The position numbers and the translations under genes were made by a program. DNA of 64,000 bases from the NCBI GenBank assembly GCA_024704765.1, contig JAKMXF010000266.1, positions 124,001 through 188,000 of the forward strand, read 5' to 3'. Position 1 is the first letter of the stretch; every line of letters starts with the position of its first letter. Under the pieces are notes generated by a model. It was not told the DNA's origin. It was given only the letters and a program-made list of their open reading frames with translations, and made no database searches. The stretch comes from Oopsacas minuta (Eukaryota; Animalia; Porifera). This document shows, in pieces, positions 45,076-61,796 of this stretch.

Positions 45076-45946
45076 GTAAGTTTTATTGTTACTTAATCTG
45101 TATATAATTTGTTGTAAAAATAACGCAAGCTTTTAACATAGTAACCCCTAATATTGGAATTGAGTGAAAATATACTTTGATTTGTAATTATAATGATATA
45201 TGTAATTAATTTTTGTGCTTAATACAGGTTGAATTATGTTCTTATATGAAATGAAAATATTTAATCTTTCAACTATTTCTGACTTGCTTGTATTTTTTGT
45301 AATGCATTAATTAACAGTACAACACTATCATCCTTTAACATTTGCACCAATAAATTAGCGAGTGCTACTTTGCTCGACAAGTCATTAGTTCTACTATATT
45401 CATTATTTCTACAACTTGCATGTAGATTTGTAAGCCAAAAATGGCAAAGATCTTTCCTCCTTTCATCATTGCAGATAATTCATTTCATATATTATTCAAT
45501 GTATAATATTCTATACGTTTCAAGACAAAACTTATAATTTCGCCATTGACACTTTCGATAACCTTAATTCTGCTTAACATACACTTACAAAATATTAATA
45601 TTGCTTTATTCATCTCCAACCCCTTTCAACCACAGTTTCAATTGAACATTTTATCCTATTATTTCTCAACAAATTTAGATAATTAAATAATGAATAAGAA
45701 TGACATATGAAACCATTTAATCGTGTAACATATCCCGATTGATTGCATGGGTTAATATTCAAAACCATTTTAACCACCAAGATAATTCTTCCTACAATTC
45801 ATATGAATAATATCCTCTATTCTTTGTATGTCTGGTATATATGTAGAGATATGCACTAGTGGCTGAACATCAATGTCATTTTATTATAAAAGCAAGCGAG
45901 AATAATATTTTTATTAATTTTACTATCTCAACAAGTTTATAGAAAT

Positions 45947-48900
45947 ATGACTCATTTTCGAAGAGGTACAAAACGTTTCGGTGAAAAGAGAACGGCTTCT
46001 GAGATTGTCCCGCATCCAAAAGCTAGTGCTCAACAAGGATCGAAGAATTATTTTGATTTTATGATTACTTGTAAGCATGGGTTTCCCTACAAGCCATCTG
46101 CTATCTGTTTTGATGAAGAATCTGGTCTTGTTGCCTTGGGTACAGAGAATGGAGAATTGAGGATATATGGAAGACCTGGTGTGGAATTTCGCGCTGCTTA
46201 TGAATCTAAAATTGCTATAAAGCTCATTTTCCCTCTAGAAGGTCTATACCAGTTCCTCACGATCTGCGCAGATAACTCATTGTTCTTATGGACATTAGGA
46301 CAAAATGGAGAAAAGTTGCATTTTCAAAAAATATTAATCGTAATGGATGAAGTTGAGAAGGACTTTACGGTATGCTCGCTTAACTCTACGAGTAGCTTAT
46401 TCTATATGGGCAGTGAGAATGGTAACGTATATCTACTGGATCTAAAAACCCTTCAGCTATCTAGTGACGTCATATATTGGAACAATGCAACAGCTCTAAT
46501 ACATTCTTATGCACGTGTTCATCCAGGTCAAGTTGTTGCTATAGAGATTAATCCACAAGATTCCACTAAGGTTTTGATAGGATTTGAGAAAGGAGCCATT
46601 ACTCTATGGAACCAAATGCGAAACTCACCGATAAAATCTTTCCCGGGCAAAATCGAAGAAATGAAACCTCTAACTTCTTTGTCTTGGCATCCAGATGGGT
46701 ACAAGTTCACCAGCGCACATCGAGATGGTACTTATATAATCTGGTCTGTGAGTTTGAATCAGCCAGAGGAGCCCCCATTTCGTCCTTACGGAGGTGACGA
46801 GGAGTGTATGGGGATAAACAAAATCATTTGGCTGAATCCTGAATCACAATCGTTGAGGATATTTTCTGGTGGTCTCCCAGCCTCTTTCGCTGACAAACAT
46901 ACTCTATCTGTCATGAGAGGAGTTGAAAATTCGTGTTTGGAGTTCTCATCAAGAGTAGTCGACTTCATTCCCATCTTAGATCCCAGCGATAAGACAGGTG
47001 AAATGCTCATGGTCCTACTCGAAGAAGAATTAGTCTGTCTTGACCTGAAGGCTGAGAACCTTAACATAATCCCTAAGCCATATCTACATTCTATCCACGC
47101 ATCTCCTCTCTCAAAAATAGCCATATACGAAGGCTGTAGCCCCCTACTAGTTGAGAGGCTGAGAGCTGCTCAAAAGGTCAGTAAATACGCCTTAGAAATA
47201 TCTGATATTTCTTGGCCAGCTAATGGAGGTTGTGTCAGAGAAGAGGTACCTCTTACTCGTACCATTCTCATATCCGGACACGAAGATGGGAGTGTTAAAT
47301 TCTGGGATTGTAGCACACAGGGTATGGATCACATATACACACTGCATACGAAGGATTATTTCTGTAATTTAGATGAAGAAAGCACGAGCGAAGAGAAAGA
47401 TACATTTTGGCCTCCGTTTAAGAGAGTAGGAGAGTTTGATCCACATACATCTGATCATCGTCTTATAATCCGTAGTATTCAATTCGACCCACAGTCCAGT
47501 ACTCTTGTGGTTGGTGGAGAAGCAGGACAAGTTGTAATCTTAGAATTAGTAGATCAAGAACGTTTGTACGAGATTTCTAATGCTTTATGTGTTGTGGGAC
47601 AAAGTCCTAACACTGGGACTGGTAGAAGATTACAAGGTGATCAGAAATTAGAGATTCCTACTAGCTCACTACAGTTCAGTCCTGGCTTACAACCAATAAT
47701 GGTTCTTCTATGTCATCCAGCTAAACCAGTCACAAATATTGCCTTTAAAGACGAATGGGGAATAGTTGCAGCTGGATTGATGGTAGGCTTTGCTGTAGTG
47801 AACTATCGTACCAATACAATTGTAATGACACGTTCACTCAATACAAATCAAGAGGCTAGACAGGGGAAGTTCCAGACAGTACGTCGATCCATGCGGAGCT
47901 CATGGAGACGTGTTTCAGGTCGCGGACCTCAAATACAAGTTAACATAGACGTTAAACATGATAGAAATCAGAACACTACGATAAATGAACTAGTCCTAGC
48001 CGAGACTCTATTGCAAAGTAACCAACCACAGCCTAGTTTATGGGTGTGCACAAGCTCTGCTATGATTATCCGTTATTCTATTGATGTACCAGCTCCTCAA
48101 CAGATGTTTAGCATGCCGACCATGTTAAACGCTACTCAGAAACAAATCTCACTCTTGCATAACGCACCTGTAGTCGGTGTCATTCTACTTGACAGGACAT
48201 ACAATCCACTCGCACAGACACACGAAATTGGCAATCTACATTTCCCAGAGCCGAATCTCAATTCTCCAACATATGCTGTAATTATCACTGAAGAACAAAT
48301 CAAATTGATTTCTCTACCGAATCTCAAAAACAGGAATAAGTATAAATTCACAGAAGAAGCAGTCGGACAGCGCATCTCTAAGTTCTCCTATATTCGCGTC
48401 AAAGTACAAGAATCAGCTAAATCTCGTATTCAATGGTCCTCAGGTCTACTAGTGCTAACCCAACGTGGCAATTTATACGCATTCACTCTTCCCGACCTAC
48501 GTCTAAGGCGACACGCTACCCTCTTAGCTGCCAATGACATCAGAGGAATTGAATCATCTACATTCACTAAGACAGGTGAAATATTCCATCTAGCATCTTC
48601 CTCAGAGCTACAGCGCTGCAGAACATGTCTACACAACCAGCAGTATTACCTCAGGCAAGATCCATCTCTCACTCCATACGATGGGTCTACCGGCCTAGAC
48701 TATATAAAGAGACGTATGCGACGTATGAATTTGGAAATACCATTTGAGGATTCGATGAAGATGGAAGATGACGTGGATCAAGTGTATGATCTACCCAATA
48801 GCAGGCCTGTTGTACCTGAACCAGTTAAGATAAATGATAGTGAGAAACATGTGAGCAGTTCTGATAGCTCTGGGTCAAGTGATGACGATTCTGGTGATGA

Positions 48901-49045
48901 TGACGCCGAACCTGTCATGCTTAGTAACCCTATGGCACACTCAAAGTTGTCTGATATGATTGAAGAATCCAGAAAGCAAACTGATCATGCTAAAGCTTTC
49001 TATAAAGACATCCAGAACAAAACCAATCAATCAATATCTAGTTAA
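45947..49045 (+). CDS. LLGL: Lethal(2) giant larvae homolog (Lgl), intronless
   Basis: 1032 aa. HGFPYKPSAICFD...GVEF, KVLIGFEKG...W, EFSSRVVDF, LLEEELVCLDL, PYLHSIHASP, WPANGG, SGHEDGSVKFWD, aPKC-type polybasic segment RRSMRSSWRRVSGR. No C-terminal R-SNARE, which favours Lgl over tomosyn. Confidence 0.9.
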   Translation: MTHFRRGTKRFGEKRTASEIVPHPKASAQQGSKNYFDFMITCKHGFPYKPSAICFDEESGLVALGTENGELRIYGRPGVEFRAAYESKIAIKLIFPLEGLYQFLTICADNSLFLWTLGQNGEKLHFQKILIVMDEVEKDFTVCSLNSTSSLFYMGSENGNVYLLDLKTLQLSSDVIYWNNATALIHSYARVHPGQVVAIEINPQDSTKVLIGFEKGAITLWNQMRNSPIKSFPGKIEEMKPLTSLSWHPDGYKFTSAHRDGTYIIWSVSLNQPEEPPFRPYGGDEECMGINKIIWLNPESQSLRIFSGGLPASFADKHTLSVMRGVENSCLEFSSRVVDFIPILDPSDKTGEMLMVLLEEELVCLDLKAENLNIIPKPYLHSIHASPLSKIAIYEGCSPLLVERLRAAQKVSKYALEISDISWPANGGCVREEVPLTRTILISGHEDGSVKFWDCSTQGMDHIYTLHTKDYFCNLDEESTSEEKDTFWPPFKRVGEFDPHTSDHRLIIRSIQFDPQSSTLVVGGEAGQVVILELVDQERLYEISNALCVVGQSPNTGTGRRLQGDQKLEIPTSSLQFSPGLQPIMVLLCHPAKPVTNIAFKDEWGIVAAGLMVGFAVVNYRTNTIVMTRSLNTNQEARQGKFQTVRRSMRSSWRRVSGRGPQIQVNIDVKHDRNQNTTINELVLAETLLQSNQPQPSLWVCTSSAMIIRYSIDVPAPQQMFSMPTMLNATQKQISLLHNAPVVGVILLDRTYNPLAQTHEIGNLHFPEPNLNSPTYAVIITEEQIKLISLPNLKNRNKYKFTEEAVGQRISKFSYIRVKVQESAKSRIQWSSGLLVLTQRGNLYAFTLPDLRLRRHATLLAANDIRGIESSTFTKTGEIFHLASSSELQRCRTCLHNQQYYLRQDPSLTPYDGSTGLDYIKRRMRRMNLEIPFEDSMKMEDDVDQVYDLPNSRPVVPEPVKINDSEKHVSSSDSSGSSDDDSGDDDAEPVMLSNPMAHSKLSDMIEESRKQTDHAKAFYKDIQNKTNQSISS

Positions 49046-49499
49046 TTCAAGCCCCTCTTAAAGTTAAGCAATTAGTACTATTGGTTGAGTGCTGGTTATA
49101 CTACTACTACTACTACTGCTATGTTTTTAGTTCGTAAATAATATATTTTATCTGTCAATCTAATTTTACTACCAATCTACCTCCGCTAGGGATTATACGT
49201 ATCTCATTAGTGAACTTTTAAATTGTTATGCTCTTGTAATTTCATATATACATTTACTGATCTATTGAACACCAGTTATTATAATTCACACACACATTGA
49301 TTTGTTTTAGACAATTTGGTTAGTTGGATCATGCTACCGAGAAAAATGTTACTCCGTTTCCCTGTTGCTGCCAATTGAGGTACATGATCAACTATATTCC
49401 TCTTAATAACATATTGCCACGTATATACAACTAAATAATCAATTTACACAAACACTTAGACATACACGTAAACAATATCTTTCATCTTTGCTTCGATCT

Positions 49500-50276
49500 T
49501 TAATTAACAGTAAAGTATTGGATCGAATCTTTGGTCACTTTTGGAATGATGCCCTTAAACGGTCCGTAAATTGAACTTGTAATTAAAACCGCTAAAATTA
49601 AAACGCAAACACAAATAGTATTCATTATAATTGTTTCACCTTGCAATGGATACCCTTGTATCTCACTTGTCGTTCCAAACAAGTTAACTCCAAGTAAGAT
49701 AGTTATCAATGGCAAGATGACTAGAAGGATGCCGCCATATTTGTGAATGAACATTATTATATTTTTCCATCCTTCACTTATTGGAATGAAAAATCCAATA
49801 AATGCTAATACAAATTGTCCAATGAAAATAAGAAAGGTTATAATACCGCACCATGAATGTATTGACCATAAATGATACTGCTTTCCGTAATCCAAGGAGA
49901 CTTCTACTATAACTATCCCGGTTAATGAAAGCAGTAGACCGACAAACATAAAGCTTGCATGCATTATTTTCTGTGTCAATTTGGACTTTGGAACGAAGCG
50001 ATATACTATCATACCATGTAGAGGCATCAGGAATAATCCAAAGGTCATGAAGATGGGATGGTAGTTGAATAGACCGGATTCGATATCAAGAGCTATTCCT
50101 CCTTTGTACAGCATCATCCAAACAATTAGTAGAACGAATGTTGCGATAGCGAAACAAGCGAAAGCACCGTACATCCAATAACGAGCATATTTTGAAACAT
50201 TGCTTGTCACTGGGAATACATTATGTACAATCGTCCCGTACTTGTTGGAATTTTCATATTGGATAATACCACTCAT
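49500..50276 (-). CDS. Cytochrome b561 family transmembrane reductase, intronless
   Basis: Six hydrophobic helices and four heme His in FNYHPIFM, KIMHASF, LWSIHSWCG and FIHKYGG. First ATG is at 50276 (the ORF track starts at an upstream GTG). Confidence 0.9.
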   Translation of the reverse strand: MSGIIQYENSNKYGTIVHNVFPVTSNVSKYARYWMYGAFACFAIATFVLLIVWMMLYKGGIALDIESGLFNYHPIFMTFGLFLMPLHGMIVYRFVPKSKLTQKIMHASFMFVGLLLSLTGIVIVEVSLDYGKQYHLWSIHSWCGIITFLIFIGQFVLAFIGFFIPISEGWKNIIMFIHKYGGILLVILPLITILLGVNLFGTTSEIQGYPLQGETIIMNTICVCVLILAVLITSSIYGPFKGIIPKVTKDSIQYFTVN

Positions 50277-50558
50277 CACCGTAAGGTTAAAATATTAATT
50301 AATTATCTAATAAGATATGGTATTTATACCCGTACGCATAATGGTGATGTTATTTTTAGGTAGAGCACGTGTAGAGCAATTCAATATCTCCTTTTGCTAG
50401 TGTTATGACGCGTGATGCGTTATACGCGTTACACGCTACTGCCCTCATGGCTGAACTGGACCATATGCATTACATACTAATTATCTGCAATTTTTAACAA
50501 TTATATGATTAAAATTTTCGTATTACCATATTTATTAATAGTAGAAGGTAGCTTATAA

Positions 50559-55952
<5,394 letters not shown>

Positions 55953-56414
55953 AACCATACTTTACTACATTAAATAGCTCATAAGTACCAATTACTCGGT
56001 AATTGTAGTTTCTATTTTGGTTAGATTTATATTAAATACAAAGTTTATTCAACAGTACCATGGACACAAGTATTGGTATCTAGAGCATAGAATGTAATTT
56101 GACGAACTTTATCGATAATTTTTTGTCGAGATCACGGTTTCATTTCTTTATCACCGTAAGCGGAGTACAATTTCTTTCAAGGTATAGAGTGAAAAATCGT
56201 TAATATCGACTTCTTTGTATAAGGGGTTTACTCTACATATAATAATGTTTTATTCGTATACTTTTAGATATGAATTATTAGCAGTATATTTAGTGTTAAT
56301 AAGGTCTCTACTGTGTACATCGCATCTATTTTAAAGGTATTTTCATTACTTTGCATTACAACATTTTATTGCATAATATGATAAATAGCGATTATATTAA
56401 AATAAGTACGAATG

Positions 56415-57260
56415 TTAAAAGAAAAAGAAGCATGAACAGAGATATGGGCATGGTATTGGATCAGGACTAGGTTCTGGAGGGGTCATTGGCCTCCTTCGAT
56501 ATTCTCTACGCTTTATTGCTTCTGCTAAGTGATCGAATGCTTCATCTATCCCTGTTCCTAGCTTTGCACTAGTCTGTACACATCCTTCTACTTCGGGTAA
56601 TTCACCGTACTGCTTCTCAACTTTTGAGAAATCTGTTTCTTTCTTATCCTGAGTATCTATATTGCTTTCACATATAACGATCGGTATAGACATTTCGTTG
56701 TGAAAATTAGCTCTAACTTGGTTTATCCAGTCTGCAACTTCTCGGCAAGATTCCCCACTTTTGCAAGAATAGATTATAACTGCAGCTCTGGCATCTCTAT
56801 GGAAATACGTTCGTAATTTAATTTAACCAAATTAACTAGCTTTATGAAATTGTCATACAGTCAACTCCCGTGATATCGAAGTCTTAAGTTGTACAAATAT
56901 GATCCCAAACCGTAAGAGTATCATAAATTCATTGGTTAAATTGAACTCGACTTATATCAAAGTAATCATTGGTCCCTTGAGTCTCAATATCACAAGAGTT
57001 GACCTTATATTAATTAAGGGTAATTCAACTTACAGGAAAACCATTGGCATCTCACTAACTTCCCTCTGACTATTGCTCTCGTATATTCGGAAATTGTAGG
57101 TTTCTTCTTTGTACTTGTGATTCGTCTCGAAGAAATCCCGTGACTTAGTCTTCGTGTTAAGAGTTTCTTCAAATACCCCACACAACTTTCTGGTTATGAA
57201 CGATGATTTTCCAACCGACTTGCTTCCCAATACCACAACCTTATGCCAAGATTTAGCCAT
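56415..57260 (-). CDS. Divergent Rab-like small GTPase, two exons
   Basis: Exon 1 57260-57034 (CT|gtaagt) and exon 2 56796-56415, in frame. G1 GSKSVGKSS; G3 region YESNSQ; DARAAVIIYS; G4 region CESNID; G5 TSAKLG; C-terminus CPYLCSCFFF. Confidence 0.8.
56858..57005. mobile_element. MITE, CAGTCAACTCCCG family, in the intron of the Rab-like gene
   Basis: TA-CAGTCAACTCCCGTGATATCGAAG ... AAGAGTTGACCT-TA. Confidence 0.65.
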
Positions 57261-57837
57261 GTTATAACTATATCTACTGACTGTGTATACATTTGATATT
57301 TATATGTTTAATCTAGATTTGGCGAATTCGATTTATCCCTGGGTTTTTTTTAAATTAATCTTTCAAACATTATGTAATGGGATTTATAGTATTTAACTTT
57401 CCTTTAGTCTTTGAGTTTATGAATTTTTTCGATTTTCTCAACTAAAAAGATTACGAAGAAAGGCTTACGTTTGTAAACTGCATTTAATATTAACTAATAG
57501 TACATCTACATAATCTCCGTTAGTCGATACATAAGTCATGCAACTGAATCCACGAATATTTTTATTGTTCTTATTTGAATTCTAAGCATTGGCAGTTTTT
57601 GAACTATACTGTAATGTCCATAAGGAAGCTATAATTATTGCAAAGTTTCCATATGGTGTATTATACATTGTGTAATGTGCATATTGTAATTAGAATTCAC
57701 TTGTTTGAGCACTATAATTTAACTGAACTCTATACATACTAAAGGGGAATTATTACCACGAAAACTGTATAATAAAGAGCATTATTAACTACATAATATT
57801 TTGAGAGATAACACACACCAACTTGTATTTTATGGCT

Positions 57838-59580
57838 CTAGGTTTCTGTTGTACTTGCTCCTTTTAAATCTTGCAGATCCAGTTGGCTTCCATTTCCTCC
57901 TCCATCGTAATCGGCATTAAATGGGATATCTTCCTTTTGGCATATCAACAAAAATCCTCCCTTACCAAAGGCTAACCTATCGCATATTGCATTTCCCACT
58001 TTAGTATTCCCAAGTTTCAAAATCAGATCTAATCGTATGCAGAAAAATGTTATGTAGAATACTGACATCATCACTAGCGTGAAACTTGAGATTAGTATTA
58101 CCCCGATTACTTGCGCGCCAAGTCGTTCAATGTAGTTCAATTGGGGTAACTCTAAATTGCAGAAACATACTCCTTCATAAGTTTCCCTAATATACTCATA
58201 TTCCGAATTGTGTAACACAAACAAACCACCCGCTAGCAAGCTCCACGTTCCTCCAAACGCATGCACTGGTATAACTCGTCCCGTATCGAATATGTTCGCT
58301 AAATATTCAATATACACTCCGAGATGGTAAAGTAATACCGCAATTACTCCAATATAAAACGCTGTTATCGAGTCGACATAGGGGCAATTACTTGTGATAG
58401 CGACTAGCGAGGTTAATATCCCATTCGCGATTTCATTACAATTAATCGCTTTCCCTTTAGTGAGCGTTTGAACTGTAGTGGCGATTAACGTAGCAGTTAT
58501 TCCCCCACCAGCTGCACTAGTAATCATATTAACTGCTATCCTACCAGCTATATTGCTGTACACTGGGTAATCTCTCAACGGACCTTCTAAGCTCTCTGTA
58601 GTGCCGCAGTTAAAAGCGAACCATCCAAACCATAGAATAAATACGCCAGATGCAGCTTGCTCAATGTTATCATCTCCTCCATTCTTTGGGTACATGTAAC
58701 GTATGAAATAAGTTGGCTTACACAATCTTTCTTTGAGGTTTTTGGGTTCTTGGTCTTCATTTGGATCTTCATCTTCCTGTTGTGGTTGTTGCTGTAGTTG
58801 TTTTTGTTGTTTTTGTTGTTTTTGTAGTTTGTGTTTGTTTTCCTTTTCTTCCACTCGCTTGTCCCACCAAAGTTGTGTAGAAACAATCAAAGTCAAACCT
58901 AATGAAGCCATTCCTCCCACTATATGCACTGCACCACCACCTGCGAAATCTAGCAGATAAATTCTATCAAAATAACCGTCGCCTATTGTAACATTTTTCG
59001 CGACATCCTCCTCGGTCCTGCAGAATCTATATGGAGATAGGAAATCACCTCTATCGGCCCCCCATACAATCCTAGCTATTATTGGATGGACAATTCCCGC
59101 GATTATGAGTGCGTTCAGGAAAGCCGACAAAACCCTAAGTTTATATTTACATCTGACGAGCAGACCCCCCATAAGTGTAGCTGTATTACTCGCGAAACCG
59201 AATTTGAAAAACCAACTGATATATGGAATAACTCGATTGCATGTTACTTGATCTTCGATCACCACTACACTGTTTAGAAAGATAGACGAGTTGCTCAAGC
59301 CATTGATGTTAGAAATTTGGAATCCGAAAAGCCAGAATCCTACTGCACTAGCTGAGACATCAAGGTACTTCAGAAACACAATATTTCTACGTTCAGGCAC
59401 TTCACTAGAGAAGGATAGTTCTATCATCATGAACCCTGCCCTCATGAAGAAGATCACCATTGCGCATATTAGTGTCCATGCAGCCGACGCTTCACTATAC
59501 CGGTAATCATTATGCACGATCTGGCATGATAGGTCGTATTGGTTTGTTTCCGCAGAACATTCAAAAGGTGTTGAAGACAT
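57838..59580 (-). CDS. amt: Ammonium transporter (Amt family), copy 1, intronless
   Basis: 580 aa, multiple TM helices. FFMRAGFMMIE, DFAGGGAVH, LWFGWFAFNCG, NGILTSLVAIT, IPVHAFGG (twin His retained). Carries a Q/E/K-rich cytoplasmic loop insertion. Confidence 0.92.
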   Translation of the reverse strand: MSSTPFECSAETNQYDLSCQIVHNDYRYSEASAAWTLICAMVIFFMRAGFMMIELSFSSEVPERRNIVFLKYLDVSASAVGFWLFGFQISNINGLSNSSIFLNSVVVIEDQVTCNRVIPYISWFFKFGFASNTATLMGGLLVRCKYKLRVLSAFLNALIIAGIVHPIIARIVWGADRGDFLSPYRFCRTEEDVAKNVTIGDGYFDRIYLLDFAGGGAVHIVGGMASLGLTLIVSTQLWWDKRVEEKENKHKLQKQQKQQKQLQQQPQQEDEDPNEDQEPKNLKERLCKPTYFIRYMYPKNGGDDNIEQAASGVFILWFGWFAFNCGTTESLEGPLRDYPVYSNIAGRIAVNMITSAAGGGITATLIATTVQTLTKGKAINCNEIANGILTSLVAITSNCPYVDSITAFYIGVIAVLLYHLGVYIEYLANIFDTGRVIPVHAFGGTWSLLAGGLFVLHNSEYEYIRETYEGVCFCNLELPQLNYIERLGAQVIGVILISSFTLVMMSVFYITFFCIRLDLILKLGNTKVGNAICDRLAFGKGGFLLICQKEDIPFNADYDGGGNGSQLDLQDLKGASTTET

Positions 59581-59852
59581 TAGAAGGACAATTTCTGGAA
59601 TTGTACTTTTGGAAACATAGGAACTATATAACCATCTGCAAAATAGGCATACGCTTGGAAATGTAATGCTACAGTGAAATGTGAGCCTTTTCCTTCATCT
59701 CTCTTATCCTTAATAATATTTGACTTTATTGTAGTTAATTTCGTAACTATATCTCTTGAATATGGAGTATTATGACGTTGAATTGTCTACTAGCTTTTAT
59801 TCATGCAAATATTACAAAAAAACAACATTACGATATTAATTAATGGGAAAAA

Positions 59853-61511
59853 TTAGCTCAGATCTGTACTTCGCTCTTTGAAACTTTCTTCTGCCCTTAG
59901 TAGCAACCTTTCCGTATGCCCTGATGTATACGAGTGTCTGTTATCAGTTGATTCATACCTGAAATCTGGGTGTAAAATTTGTTGAGTGGCCTCCCCAACT
60001 AATAGCAGTCCACCTTTCCCTAGATTCAGTTTTCTCACAGTTTTCTCCCCTACATACGGTATTTTCTTAACCAAATACTCTGGCCGAATCATGTACATAG
60101 TAAAATAGATGATAAACGAGATCACGAATGTATAAAGGATCATAAACAGTGCTCCAATGATCTGTGCTCCTATTCTCTCCCCATAACCTAGTGTTGGTAG
60201 CTTAAGAATGCAATAACATACTCCCTCGTATGTCTCTTTCACATATTCATTGGGTACATTGCCAGCAGTGAAAATAGCCGTTGAAATCAAACTCCAAATG
60301 CCACCGAAAGCATGTACTGGTATCACACGACCCGTATCGAATAAATTCAACTTATACTCGACGAAAACTCCTATGTGGTAGAGGAAAATCGCAATTACTC
60401 CGATAAAAAACGCGCTAATATTATCAACAAATGGACAGTTACTCGTGATTGATACCAAAGCCGTTAGGATCCCATTAGCAATTTCATTACAATTTATTGC
60501 CTTAGAATCAGTCACAAACTGAACTGATCCAGCAATGATAGTCGCAGTAAGCCCACCACCTGCCGCACACGTAATCATATTCACTGCAATACGTCCTGCT
60601 ACATTGCTATAAGTCTGATGGCTATGTACTGGACCTTCCAAACTTTCGGTTGTACCACAATTGAACGCAAACCATCCAAACCACAATATAAACACGCCTA
60701 GAGCTGCAGATTCAATTTGATCCTGTCCTCCACAATCAGGATACATATATTCTTGGAAATTTTCCGCTCTCTCATGATCTCCATTATGGTGATTCACATT
60801 GTCATCATTATCTTTCCCTCTTCTGTCCATCCAAAGTTGAAATGAAACGAATAATGTAAGTGTCAATGCAGCTACTCCACCCACCAAATGTACCGCGCCA
60901 CCTCCTGCGAAATCTAACAAGTAGAGCCTATCTGTATAGGAAGTTCCGTTAATTATGTTATTGAAATCAATACAGAATCTAAAAGGTGATAGAAATGCTT
61001 CTGGACCACCACCCCATATGATACGCGCTACTGTACAATGTATGAGTCCACTCACGAAAAACGAACTAAAGAATGCTGATCCCAGGCGTAACTTGTATTT
61101 AGAACGAATCAGGAGTCCGCCCATTAACGTAGCAGTATTGCTCGCGAAACCGTATTTAAAGAACCACACTATATATGGAATAACTTTCTTGCAGTTAATT
61201 GAAGTGATTGGTAGCACTGAGTTTTCGTAGATTTTGTTATCTGGGAATACCTTAGATAACTCAAAGCCAAACAGCCAGAATGCTATAGCCGTTGCAGCAA
61301 CATCAAGGTATTTTAACAGTACAATATTTCTTCTCTCGGGCACGTCCACTGCGAACGAGAGTTCAATCATTAGGAAACCAGCTCGCATGAAGAAGATTAT
61401 CATGGCAGTTAAGAGGGTCCATGCTGCCGCAGCCTCTGTGTACCGGAAGTCTAAATGTGTCTCTTGGCATGCTAGATTATAAGAACCGTTTGGTAGACAA
61501 ATTGAATCCAT
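59853..61511 (-). CDS. amt: Ammonium transporter (Amt family), copy 2 (tandem paralog), intronless
   Basis: 552 aa. Same motifs as copy 1 (FFMRAGFLMIE, DFAGGGAVH, LWFGWFAFNCGTTESLEGP, FDTGRVIPVHAFGG); colinear similarity to 57838-59580. Confidence 0.92.
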   Translation of the reverse strand: MDSICLPNGSYNLACQETHLDFRYTEAAAAWTLLTAMIIFFMRAGFLMIELSFAVDVPERRNIVLLKYLDVAATAIAFWLFGFELSKVFPDNKIYENSVLPITSINCKKVIPYIVWFFKYGFASNTATLMGGLLIRSKYKLRLGSAFFSSFFVSGLIHCTVARIIWGGGPEAFLSPFRFCIDFNNIINGTSYTDRLYLLDFAGGGAVHLVGGVAALTLTLFVSFQLWMDRRGKDNDDNVNHHNGDHERAENFQEYMYPDCGGQDQIESAALGVFILWFGWFAFNCGTTESLEGPVHSHQTYSNVAGRIAVNMITCAAGGGLTATIIAGSVQFVTDSKAINCNEIANGILTALVSITSNCPFVDNISAFFIGVIAIFLYHIGVFVEYKLNLFDTGRVIPVHAFGGIWSLISTAIFTAGNVPNEYVKETYEGVCYCILKLPTLGYGERIGAQIIGALFMILYTFVISFIIYFTMYMIRPEYLVKKIPYVGEKTVRKLNLGKGGLLLVGEATQQILHPDFRYESTDNRHSYTSGHTERLLLRAEESFKERSTDLS

Positions 61512-61796
61512 TTTACCATCAGATATATTTTAATCTTTTAATACTCTGCCGGCCGCCCCTGATATGAATACTTGTATATTATGTTTCATTTGATATATAA
61601 TATTACCTAATACCCAGTAAGTTAATATTTTAAAAATATAACTTAATACTGTTGTTTACCCACAGAACTTTACCTTGAGAGATATTAGTTTATTTTTCAT
61701 GTTGATCATACGTATATACACAAATCAATGTATTTAGTTTTGAAATACACATAAGTAACTCCTAGTAAGACTCTTCATTGTATTATCCTTAATGAA

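Noticed and set aside
49099-49117. (TAC)n and (TA)n microsatellites (also ~13627-13644)
   Set aside because: Short simple repeats in UTR or spacer sequence with no sign of function.
57838-61511. Bacterial contamination or recent HGT of the intronless Amt genes
   Set aside because: Invertebrates have native Amt genes, many neighbouring eukaryotic genes are also intronless, and the flanks are ordinary AT-rich spacer without ribosome-binding or operon features.
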